Source: Anthoceros angustus (lineage: Eukaryota; Plantae; Anthocerotophyta). From it: DNA of 64,000 nt. Under the pieces are notes generated by a model. The model had not been told where the DNA came from. It did not search any database and was given only the letters and a program-made list of their open reading frames with translations. Shown one piece after another: positions 24,373 to 35,842 of this stretch; the first letter of the stretch is position 1, and the number at the start of each line of letters is the position of its first letter. The position numbers and the translations under genes were made by a program. The stretch spans positions 921,370 to 985,369 of the forward strand of contig MU008175.1 in the NCBI GenBank assembly GCA_010909165.1, in the 5' to 3' direction.

Positions 24373-24737
24373 GGCCTTTTCCTTCCCTTCCTTCCCCCTC
24401 CTACTGCCCAACAAGAAGTCCGGTCTTCACGAATCACGACCCGCCCGCGGAATTATTGTTCAAGACCCGCCGCGCGGAATTATTGGCGGCCGACGTGTTT
24501 ATCAGTCTATGGGATGTGCTGTACATATGAAGCGAGAAGCTAAGAAAACCTAGTTAATAATTAACACTACCTACGTAGCTCGGATGTTAACTATGTAAGT
24601 AAGTTAGTTTTACTGTTCGTGACACCGACGTACCGCGCTCTTGTTGTCCATGGTGGTTCTGCCGGTGGGAGCAGCAGGCGTCCGGTTTGGTGGGTGACTG
24701 AGAGAGAGCTTGCGGGAACTCAGGCTGACTTACGATC

Positions 24738-27090
24738 ATGGTGACTTCTGGGCATCACCCGGTGGGATCCTGCTCGCGGCTGGTGTGGGGGGAGGGGAGT
24801 CGGGCGTCGATGGATACCGGGCTTGTGGTGGGGCAGCTTCGGGCGTTGCATTCTCCGAGCGGATTTGGGAAATGTGCGTTTGTGGGGAGCTCGCGGCAGG
24901 GGGGGGATTCCGTGGTGAGAAGTGCTGACTGTTGATTTGGTGTGGCATGTGGAGCAGCGGTTTGGGGTCCGGATGCAGAGTTTTTCGCTAACATGCTGCA
25001 GTACACACTTTTCTGGCTGCTGCTTTAGGTTCCGATGTCGTGTATGATGTTGTGTTACTTTTGGGGCAGCCAAGGCAGAGCACGTTCAAGGTTGTATTCT
25101 CTTTGGTACGGGGCTCCCGCTAGGCATTCGAGGGGGGGGAGAACTTTCAGGGGTTTCTCCGGCAGTCGTGTGACCTATGGTAGTGGAATTGTCGTTTTCT
25201 GTGGTGGTGATTTTGGGGGGGAATCTGGGACTCGTCTCATGCATGGTTTTGCAGCTGCATTTGACCCCGAGCTGCATGTGGTTATGGAGCTGGCCAGCGA
25301 CAGTGAGCTGCACGAGCTGTCGAACATCCTGTATGGTACGAGGTGAGTAAGTGGTGTCATGCTGGTGTGGCAGCATGTTCTGTTTTGAAGCAAAGTTCCT
25401 GATTCTGTTTCCCGTTGGTACCAGTTTGCTAAGCCCTCTGGTGAAGTCCGTGGCCCCTGGAGATGGGTCGGATGGCAGTGACATCCGAGATACTCTGAGG
25501 GAAGCAGAGTATGGGGGACGGCTGGCTATAATGGAACGGCTGGAGTCACGGTTTCTGTTTCTAGCAGCAGACGCCAAGGCCACGCTAAGGTTTGTGGTCC
25601 GGGTGCAAGACAGGCGTTTGCGCTCTTCCTCCAAACCCTGGCTTCAGATACTGTCATGGAATGGCCAATCTCCAGTTGGTGACATGTTGGAGTGCACTTC
25701 CTTCATGCAGTGGTCGACGTCCTCGTTACCGCGACGTGCTGCTTTCTGTGAGGAAGAAGTTGCAAGTCCCTTGCCCTGTCAAACTTTCGACTGAAGATTT
25801 GGAGGCTGAGATCTTCCTTCACTTACTAAACGAATACTCGAGGTGCCAAGTCTCCTGTCACTGTGATTCCCGTTGGCTGACCTAACCATACTGCCATCGT
25901 ATGGGATGTGGTGACTGATATGCTACAGTGCGTTCTTGGAGCAGGCCAAAGCAGAAGTCACATTTTGTGAGGAAGGAGTATGAATCCTCGTATGCAAATG
26001 ACGTAGGCGATTTCCAGACCAGGAGATGGAATGGCAACGTTTTCACAGCTTTGAAGCTGGGAGGCGAGGAGCTGTTGACCATGATGCTGAAGGTTGGTGC
26101 GCACTTCTGTGTGCTCTCGTCTGTGTTTGCACTTTTGGTGAAGTGGTGAGATGCAACAGTGCAGCAGGCGGCCGGCCGTCTGGTTGGTGTGCACGTTGAA
26201 CTGGTACTAACCATGCTCACGGCTTCGTTCTGCTACAGGGAGGGAGTGCTGTAACCATGTCCACCCTGCAGGCAGTGGTGAGTGCTTTTCTGGTGCAGCG
26301 ATCAACCATTCCTGTGGTGCCGCTCATTGGCATGTTTCACATACCATGTGCCGTTGTACCAGGTGTCCAAGGAGCTGTCAGGGAAAGTCCTGGTGGAGTC
26401 CGTCAGGTATCGGCTCGCAAAAGATGCGCTAGTGAAGGTATTGCTGTGAGCCACGATCCTGGAATGACTCGCCTGCCCACTAGGGTTTGCTTTACTCACT
26501 GTTGGCTGGTGATGTGAAGGGAGGGCAAGCCATCGCGGCGAAGCTTGAGGGCCACGTTGCGGTACTCGCTGCAAGACAAGTAGGTGACAGACAGGGATGT
26601 GGAGCCATGCAGCTGGTAGATGCTATTCTGCGCCATGCGCGTGTGTCGGAGCTTGAGTGCTGATCCGCCATGGTGCAGGGGCTTGCGGGGGCAACCGCCA
26701 GATATTTCACCTTGCGCAGCACGATGATGCTCCTGGGGCCCCTGTACGTCCCTCCGCCGGACACCGTGCATGCCATGTAGCCTCATCCTTTCCCACGTCG
26801 GCTAACCCCGTGACTGTGCTCCTCGGGCCGGGCGCAGGCTGTGGGGCACGTTCTTGGCCGACATGGCGATAAGGTCGGTGGGAACCGACTACGCGAGAGT
26901 GATCCGCGCCATCTTCGCCTTCGCTCAGGTAAAAAGCTGTATGTGCGTTCCCTCGTTCCCTTAGTGATACGTGGTGCGCGAGCTCACCTACTCCCGTCCG
27001 GCCGTTTTGTGAGTTGTGTGTGCGTGTGCGCACTGTTCGCAGATTCGCATCACTCGAACCTATGGCTGGACGCGATCTGACACCGCCTGA
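24738..27090 (+). CDS. Conserved uncharacterised protein, YaaW/UPF0174-like (cyanobacterial-type), multi-exon; start uncertain
   Basis: Spliced exons give ELASDSELHELSNILYG, LESRFLFLAADAKATLR, RPRYRDVLLSVRKKLQVPCPVKLSTEDLEAEIFLHLL, ALKLGGEEL, ARYFTLRSTMMLLGPL, LWGTFLADMAIRSVGTDYARVIRAIFAFAQ|IRITRTYGW..*. Stop 27088-27090. Family label is from memory. Confidence 0.8.
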
Positions 27091-28916
27091 TTCTGAACAA
27101 GGCAAGGATGATGAGGAGTGGGAGGGCGGAGGGCAGATGCAAATGCCACAACGCTCCACGATGTTTGTCCATAGCTGCATTGTAGCCTGTTTGTTGTGGG
27201 GCATGTGGCCGGCTGCGGACTGCCCTGGCGTGCCCTGGCCTGCCCTCCCCTTCCCTCCGGGCTCCCCTGCCATTTGCTTATCGAACCTATTGCAACGCGC
27301 TTGTCCTCTACCAAGGAGGATTCGGCGGCATTCACATATGTGCAGGAGAGTCTCAGGACGGACCACGTACTGTACCCGGGTACCATGAGCCGAACATGTG
27401 GATAACGACTGCACAGACGAAAGCAGCACGCCGGGGCCCGGAAGCCGGAGAAGCCAAACGCCAAGCTGCGGGCATCGGCAATGTGGCCCCTGCCGCTCCC
27501 ATGGCAGGCCCTCAGCGAGCGCAAGGACCTAGGAAGCGGATAAGGCCACGTCACACCGGCCGCTACCCGACAGCGTAGCGTAATCCTGTGTCGGGCCGTA
27601 TGGGCAAAGTATGTACATATGTGCGTGAAGAAGCAATGTACGGTGCCGTGATATTCAGGGCCAGGCAGGCAGTAAATTAACATTTGTTTGAAGGATATTT
27701 GTAGCTAAATGCGAGGGGTAAGCCGGTTTAGAAAAAGCAGTGGAAGAAGCGCTCGCCACGAGAGCCGAGTGCCGGTTAGGGCCAGCAGCCAGCAGCCGTT
27801 TCACTGGTAACCCAGCGGGAAAGGGAATTCGAAAGTTGTGGGCGTTGACGCTCCAATGGCGGGGGTGGGAATTGGAATTAGCAAGCAAACGTTTGTTTGC
27901 GGTCCGGGCGACGTGGCCGGGCGCAGCGGCCTGAGCGTGGCAGTTGCTCTTCCTCGCGTCCTTGTGCGGCGGCGCCTTGGGGCCGCTTGCGCCTTGCGGC
28001 TTGCGCCTTGCGCCGGGGGTTTCGCCGCTTCGACTCCTCCGCGTCGGCGTCGGCGTCGCGGGCCTGCTTCCTGCTGTCGCGCTGTGGACATTGGGAGGGA
28101 AGCGTTTTGCTTTCTGCCTGTCCTGCTCCCCGGCCCGGCCCGGCCTGGCGCTGAGATGAGATGAGAGAGTTGAGCTGAAGACGTGGAGAATTTATTGCCC
28201 ATAGCCCGGCAGCAGCTGTAGCAGAAGAGGCTGCAGCTGCAGATGCGGTTGCTGCCATTCCCGGTTGCAGGCAGTGCTTGTGTGGATCCTCCTCCCTCCT
28301 CTCCCACGCTCTCCAGCGTGTGCCGCTCTCCTGCCAGTGGCCACACCACCAGATCGATCAGACTATGCTGTGCTGCCTTTCTGCCACAATCCTTTCTCTA
28401 TTCTTCATTCTCCTCTCCTCTCCTCTCCGCTCAGCCTCTGTGGCACCGCCGGCCTGTCACGAGTCCGGCCTCCTCTTTGCTACAGTGCGCCCTCCTTCTT
28501 GGCCGTGCGGCCGGTGAGCGCGCGTCCCGAGGCCAGTCAATTCCGTCCGGTGCCGGCCGGTGGAGGACAGCTGCGTCTGCGTCTGCGTCTGCGTCTGCGT
28601 TTGCGTTTGCGTCTGCGTCTGCTTTAGCATTGCTGCAGCGCACGGAAGACAGCATGAGGAGGTAGCTCCAAGCAAATTCCCGTGACGCACCGCCAGCGCC
28701 AGCGGCAGCAGCGGCGGATCTGGTGTGTGCAAATCCACGTCGGCTTGTTTCTTGAGCTTTGCTGAGCTTGCGAGTGCGCGGCAGTGGCAGCGACAGTGTG
28801 CTATAGCTTTTTGGAGTGTGCATTCGCATTGCCCCTGCCTCTGGCTCACAGTGGAGTAGCGGGATGGCATTATTTGGCAGGAACAGGCAATCGCGAAGCA
28901 TGGTGCTGCGCTTGTC

Positions 28917-30140
28917 ATGAGGGATGAGCTTGAAGACCACTCGAGGCTCTTAAAGCAACCCGCTCCCCTGCGAATCGCAACCGTGGCTTCCCTAAGCTGC
29001 CGTGTAGACGGGCTGCTGGCGTCCGATGTTATCAGCGCGATCGACTTCAACGAGTCGGGGGAATTCTTCGCAACAGGGGGCATTGCTAGGAAGATCCGGG
29101 TGTGCTCCTACCAGGCGCTCACCACCCGGAGTCAGGCTCAGGCAGAGTCCCAGGCCCAGGCGGATGGGGACGGGCAGGAGGAGGAGGAGGATGACGACGG
29201 GGAGGACGGTCACAGGAGTAGCAAGCGGAGCCGGGGCTACAACATCAAGTCCCTGGACCACGAAGCCAGCTCCGTGGCCATGCTCTGCACGCCGGCAAAG
29301 CTCAGCAGCGTCAAGTGGGTGCCGGGGGTGGGGGAGCTGCTAGGGTGCGGCGACTACGACGGCGTGGTGTGGGAATGGAACGTGGAGACCGGGGTGAGCG
29401 TCACGGAGCGGCACGAGCACGGGGGAATGTCGGTGTGGAGTCTGGATTACAGCACCGACTCCTGCTTCGACTCGGCTTCCGCCGGTGGGGATGGGACGGT
29501 GAGGCTGTGGAGCAGGGGGGCGGACAAGAGCGTGGGGGCCATCCGCTCCCCGCGCGGAAGAACCATGTGTAGTGCGGAGTTCAGTGCTGCCTCCCCCGAG
29601 CTCCTCGCCGTGGCCTGCGCGGATGGGAACATCTACCTCTACGACTTGCGCAACTTGCAGGCTGCTCTGCTTGTGGTAGGGCAGCATGACAGGGCCGCCA
29701 GCTATGTGCGCTTCATGGGGAAGGACAGGCTGGTGTCGGCCTCCATCGACAGCACCATCAAGCTCTGGGACATCTCTGCGGTTTCCTGGGGGACCCATCT
29801 CAGTCTTGCCGGAGCGGAGGCTAATGCCAGGCTCGTCCGCACCTTCGACTCCCATTTGAACTCCAGGAACTTCGTGGGGCTGTCGGTGCTGGCGGACGTG
29901 GGGCTGCTGGCCTGCGGGTCTGAGACCAACGACGTGTTTGTCTACGAGAGCAGCGCGGTGGATCCTCTCTGGAGATCTCAGTTTTCCAATAACCCCAGGT
30001 ACGATCCCGGTGTCAGTGACCCCAGCAGCGACTCCTTCGTTGCTGCCGTTTGCTGGAAGCAGCAGCATGACCACTACTCCCTGGTAGCTGCCAATTCGGA
30101 TGGCATTGTGCAAGTCATCCAGGCAAGATTAGGTGACTAG
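28917..30140 (+). CDS. RUP: REPRESSOR OF UV-B PHOTOMORPHOGENESIS (RUP/EFO)-type WD40 protein, intronless, 407 aa
   Basis: COP1/SPA-like WD40 only, with no RING, coiled-coil or kinase domain: SDVISAIDF..ATGGIARKIRV, CTPAKLSSVKW, GCGDYDGVVWEW, ERHEHGG..VWSLDY, HLNSRNFVGLSV, GLLACGSETNDVFVY. Confidence 0.88.
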   Translation: MRDELEDHSRLLKQPAPLRIATVASLSCRVDGLLASDVISAIDFNESGEFFATGGIARKIRVCSYQALTTRSQAQAESQAQADGDGQEEEEDDDGEDGHRSSKRSRGYNIKSLDHEASSVAMLCTPAKLSSVKWVPGVGELLGCGDYDGVVWEWNVETGVSVTERHEHGGMSVWSLDYSTDSCFDSASAGGDGTVRLWSRGADKSVGAIRSPRGRTMCSAEFSAASPELLAVACADGNIYLYDLRNLQAALLVVGQHDRAASYVRFMGKDRLVSASIDSTIKLWDISAVSWGTHLSLAGAEANARLVRTFDSHLNSRNFVGLSVLADVGLLACGSETNDVFVYESSAVDPLWRSQFSNNPRYDPGVSDPSSDSFVAAVCWKQQHDHYSLVAANSDGIVQVIQARLGD

Positions 30141-31045
30141 GAAAGGAAAGCTCTCTCATTTCTAGCAAGTCTCAAAAACATTATTTTTGCGGGGATCATA
30201 TTCTTTGCTATGGTATCTGTCTCCTCACACCAGTACCAGCCCTGCCTGCCGTGGCTCAAGACCTACTCGGCGGTTTACAATGCTGGGATGATGCCCGCCT
30301 CGGAGCTCCAGCGAGGCATGTCTTTCGATTGTAGATCACCTTGGTTTTGAAAGAAACTCTTTACAAATTATACTGGAGTTCTGGAGTTCCAAGGACGGCA
30401 TCGCTGGTATTGGTCCGCATGCCGGATTCCTGCTGGCCTCGATCCATGTGTGTTTGTGCTCTTCCCAGCCTGTCGGAGCTCGCTGCGTACATTCTTCCCC
30501 CCGGATCTCACTAACATCACCCTGATTGTTCCCTGTGCCACCACGTAGCAACATGGAGGCCCATGGATTGGCATTGCCATCAGTCAACGCATTTTCTCTA
30601 GATCGCCTACCACATACGTATATGTGACCAGCACCCACAGCACCCACCATTTTTCTATAATACCGATGTTTGATGTAAAATATGACACCATTCCTGGCAC
30701 AGCGCACGACGTGCTGCCAGGTTGTAGCTTTTTCGTTCCTGCCAATCGAATTCTCGCTTCCGAGTGCATCATTCCGCCCAATAGCAACGTTCCTGCCTAT
30801 ACATGCGTATATAGTTTACAACCCTAATCACCGGCATATTTGCTTTATTTGTCATCCGCTTTCCGGTAGGTATTGTGGATAAACTTGGCCGGGCTCTGTG
30901 ACTCAACTAAAACTTTCGCATGTCCGGTAGGTAGGTAGTTGAATCTATCGTATTGGGTGCTGCTGCTGCTGGGAGCTTCACAACCCCTTGGCTTGCTCAG
31001 CTCTACAAGCCACAGAATCGCTCAAAGTTTTCGAGCACAGCAAGT

Positions 31046-34000
31046 ATGAAGTTCAATTTGGAGGATCTGACAGTCTACTTCCCCTACGAGTTCATCTACC
31101 CTGAGCAGTATGACTATATGGTGGAACTGAAGCATGCTCTCGATGCCAAGGGCCATTGCCTTCTGGAAATGCCCACCGGGACGGGGAAGACGATTACTCT
31201 GCTGTCTCTCATCACCAGTTACCAGCTAGCTGGAAGGCCCGTTGGGAAGCTCATATACTGCACTCGAACTGTTCACGAAATGGAGAAGGTGCTGGACGAG
31301 TTGAAACGGCTGCTGGCATACCAGGAAAAAGAGCTGGGCAAGATGGCCCGAATTCTAGCCTTAGGGTTGAGTTCTAGAAAAAATCTTTGCATTCATCCCA
31401 CTGTAAGCGCAGAAGGGTCCAGAGAAAGTGTGGATGCCGGGTGCAGGAAGCTTACGGCATCGTGGGTGAGAGCACAGGCGGTGGAGGTGCCTGACATCGA
31501 ATCCTGTGGCTTTTTCGAAGCCTATGAGAAGAAGGGAGCCGATGCACTGCTTCCTCCTGGCGTGTATACGCTTCATGACTTGAGGGTGTTTGGCAGAGAA
31601 AAAGGGTGGTGCCCCTACTTTCTTGCTCGCCATATGATCCAATTTGCTAATGTGGTGGTGTACAACTATCAGTACTTGCTTGACCCCAAGGTCTCTGGAA
31701 TCATATCGAAAGAGATGGAGAAGGAGTGCATAGTGGTGTTTGATGAAGCTCACAACATCGACAACGTGTGCATAGAATCTCTGAGTGTGAACATTCGTCA
31801 GCAGACTTTGGAGGGGGCTACTCGAAATTTGGCCAGAGTTTCTCAGATCATAGAGAGGTTTGCACCAGAGCACGTCTCATATCTTTCCTCTCGTCCTGTG
31901 AGCCTTGCTCTAAGTTTGCTGCACCAAATTGGAGTGGCTTGTACGACTGGAACTGCCCATTTATTACCTCCCTAACACCATTTTGGAGTAGAACGCCACT
32001 GGTAACGTTATACCTGGCTTTTGTGGATGAAGGTTCAAGAAAACTGATGAGAAAAGGTTGCGTGACGAATATAATAGGCTTGTGCACGGACTTGCACAGC
32101 AGGGTAACTTGCGAGGTAAACATCAACCAATAAAGTCAGACTGATCATCCTTTCTGCGTTTGGTCACCGGCTACTGACCTGACTTTTTGCTGATATCTTC
32201 TCCAGCTAATGATGCCTGGCTAGCCAACCCAGCTTTGCCGGAGGATATTCTTCGGGAAGCAGTACCAGGAAACATTCGGCGTGCCGAGCATTTTGTGGCC
32301 TTTCTGAAGAGACTTGTTCAATATCTAAGAGGTCGTCTTCAAACTACTCAAGTGGAAACTGAAGGGCCTATCTCCTTCATTACTTCGCTGAACAAGGATG
32401 TGGCAATAGATGCAAAGTCATTAAAGTTCTGCTATGATCGCCTGCATTCTCTAATGTTGACTTTGGAGGTCACAGACACGGACGAGTTTCTTCACATTCA
32501 AACTGTTTGTGATTTTGCAACATTAGTGGGAACGTATTCCAGGGGGTTCTCGATCATCATAGAGCCATATGATTCTCGGATGCCACATATCCCTGATCCC
32601 ATTTTGCAGGTAATTTCTTTAGAACGTGTTGCCTGTTTCTTTCCTAGATTAGCAAACATCTTCTCTGTACAACGTCTTATCTCTGACTCTGTCTGCCTGT
32701 GGGTATGCAGCTTAGCTGTCTAGATGCGTCCCTGGCTATCAAGCCTGTTTTTGAGAGGTTTCAGAGCGTGGTCATAACATCTGGAACACTGAGTCCCATT
32801 GATTTATATCCACGGCTTCTCAATTTCCACCCGGTCATTATTAAAAGTTTTCAGATGACGCTGACTAGGGACTGCTTGTGTCCCATGGTTCTTACACGGG
32901 GCAGGTCAGTTTGTATAGCCCCTGCTATTGTGCATTGCTGGTAGCAAGCTTGAATTATTATTCCAATAATCCTGCAATGTCTTCTTTTTTATATCACAGT
33001 GACCAGTTGCCAGTGAGCACGAAGTTTGACATGCGAAGTGACCCTGGTGTTGTGAGGAACTATGGCCGGCTTCTACTGGAGATGGTGGCAGCAGTGCCAG
33101 ATGGAGTTGTTTGCTTCTTTGTCAGTTATTCCTATATGGATGGAATTGTAAACAGCTGGAATGAGATGGGCATCTTGCGGGTAAAGACTAGTAAAGGCTG
33201 AGTTGTCTGCCAAAGTATTAGAATGGTGGAATCTCATCAAAGTGCATTTCCATGATCTGATGCAGGATGTGATGCAGCACAAGTTGGTATTCATCGAGAC
33301 ACAGGACGTGGTTGAGACAACTTTAGCTCTGGACAATTATCGCAGAGCGTGTGACTCTGGACGAGGAGCTGTGTTTTTCTCTGTCGCCAGGTTTGCCCTT
33401 GCTTTGGCTGAACGTATTTCTTTTCATCTTCAATCAACTTTTATGTGTCCATGTTTGAGGCTAAATCTGGCATGCTGCAGGGGCAAAGTGGCAGAAGGAA
33501 TCGATTTTGATCGACACTATGGCCGTCTTGTGATCATGTATGGTGTGCCCTTTCAGTATACTTTGAGCAGGTAAAGAAATGTCAGATTGGTTGCTACTGA
33601 GTCCTGTGGTCACAGCGGTATGCCATGTCAGTACTGAGAGGTGTACAAGTGCAATTCCGTTTTCTTTTGCCAATACAGTATCCCTTGGGCACTTGCAGAA
33701 TCCTGAAAGCACGGTTAGACTATTTGAGAGAGACATTTCAGATCAAAGAAAATGATTTCCTCACATTTGATGCTGTGGTACTGTTCAACTTTCTCTCCAT
33801 CCCTCCTCCAGTAATTCTTGTGTTTATGCATTGTTTCTTTCCTAGTGACTTTTGCTGGTCGTTTGCATCAGAGACAAGCTGCGCAATGTGTTGGACGTGT
33901 TATCCGCTCAAAGTCAGACTATGGAATGATGATTTTTGCGGACAAACGGTAGTTCCTCAGACTGTTATCTGGCTTCATGGCGATCTCAGGATCTGCCTTT

Positions 34001-34341
34001 CTTGTGTGCGAGATTGAGATATGTTCCTATCCTGCAGATATAACCGTCATGACAAGAGGTCCAAGCTTCCATCTTGGATTCTGTCGCAATTGCGAGATGC
34101 ACACCTGAATCTGAGCACTGATATGTCTTTGCACATCGCACGGGAGGTAAGTTGGTCATTGTGATCACTCCACCAAGTTCCATGGTTGTCTCAAACAGTT
34201 TGTCTCTGACTGCTCGTTTTTGTCCATTAGTTTTTACGGCGTATGGCTCAACCTCTGGAGAAGACCAGCAGAACGACACTTCTATCACAAGCAGATCTGG
34301 AGGAGAAGGAGAGGAAGGACAGAGAAAAGGCCATGATGTGA
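31046..34341 (+). CDS. XPD: TFIIH Fe-S helicase XPD/ERCC2/RAD3 (UVH6), multi-exon
   Basis: [21 protein letters not shown] (Walker A), [13 protein letters not shown] Fe-S region, [36 protein letters not shown]. Last exon 34231-34341 [12 protein letters not shown]. Confidence 0.96.
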
Positions 34342-35232
34342 AATTTCAAAAGGTTCCCTTGCTGTGATAGCAGAGGTTCGTACACGGGTCACATACTTCC
34401 CGTTTCGCCAGTTGTGATGCTTATGGTCCGGTTCTATGGAGACCACCAACATGATGGCTATACAACATGAAAACTAACGTGCTAACCTCCAACCAATGCT
34501 GGGTCTGCAGCCGTCTGCAAACGGCAAGTTAAGACTTTTCTGGAGGCTCTGGTCGTGGTGTATATATGACCAATTTGCGCGCTGGGCTGCCTAGATTTTT
34601 CTGGTGGGGCTGCACCACAGGGGAACCCTTTTGCAGTTACTACTCAGCAGGGCATCATCTGAAGGGCTCTTAACAGGTCAAGGAGGACTGAGCTGTGTTG
34701 TACATTTCTGCCATGGATAGACGGTGTCACGACGCCAACCTTTGCAGTAAAGAGCTATTGTATCTGGCCTGATGCATACATATGCAGGCTTGCGAAAGCA
34801 TTGTGCAGGGTCAGAAAGAACGATCTGGTCACTTTTCCGTAATCTCATTTGCAAGGTCTTGCCAGTATGTTATATGGGGAGCACCAACAGGAACCTTGAT
34901 GACCTCTAGGCAGGTTAGTACGCAGTATAAAAGCTGCCGATAGAGTATGGGCCTGCTGTCAGCAGAAAGGCTGCCTTTCTTTCCAGGAATACTTAACCCC
35001 TAGTGTAGAGTGGAATTCCAATGCCCGTTTCTTTTTGCTGTGATTAAGCACCGATTGCCGGCTAATGTGTTACTTGTTGTGCGTAGGTTGCATGGGACAA
35101 ACCTTGCTCACCTTGGGTATATTTTATGGTTACTATACCTAGTTGTGGGCAGGCCAGGTCAATGGCCTTGTGGTTTGCCCAGTGTGTGGTATGTCTTAGC
35201 TGCTGTCTGCCGAACAGACACTGGCGGGGAAC

Positions 35233-35396
35233 GAAACAAATATGTGAGGTGAATTTTGTATGAGATTCAGGTGACTTGCAGTCGTAGGAAGCCAGAAGAG
35301 CACTTATTCTGTATGAAACAAATATGTGAGGTGAATTTTGTATGAGATTCAGGCGACTTGCAGTCGTAGGTAGACAGAAGAGCACTTTTTCTGGAC
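35233..35396. repeat. Imperfect 82-bp tandem duplication between convergent XPD and SPS
   Basis: GAAACAAATATGTGAGGTGAATTTTGTATGAGATTCAGG... starts at 35233 and again at 35315. Confidence 0.9.
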
Positions 35397-35842
35397 GAAA
35401 TTTTGGTTGCAACGGACACGTTCAGTGTTTCATCGTTTAATTCGATGAAGCTTTTCGGATTGCACTTGGAAGGTAGTGGTGGTAGTGGTGTTGCAGCCAT
35501 GGTTACCAAAAGTATCAAAACTGGAATGTCAGACGAGTTGACCGCAACTGCTGTCGAAGACGGCGCAAGTTCAATTGTTTTTCCCAAGGCATTTGCTGTC
35601 TTACTGTTCACGAAGTATCAATTCCACTGCTTCACAAGTATTGCAAACAACTTTTCTTTAGTTGCAAGCTGGTTTGTGAGAGCGGAACAGTTCCCACTGA
35701 TCACACACTCCAATACAATTCCTCCTATTACGGAAGACATATCTAACTCGCAGCAGATTCCATAAATTAAAGACCTACGATGAAATTAAAAATACAGATG
35801 GACAAGGTCTTGGGTGCAGTAGCCCCATATGCAGACCAGCTC

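Noticed and set aside
23263-24543. 426-aa plus-strand ORF (similar long ORFs at 17753-18652, 29340-30113, 46272-47147, 14922-15608)
   Set aside because: Antisense or alternative-frame shadows of GC3-rich genes (CYP98A, IFRD, RUP, TZF, PII); no recognisable motifs.
35267-35765. ORFs between XPD and SPS
   Set aside because: Partly produced by the 82-bp duplication; no family motifs.
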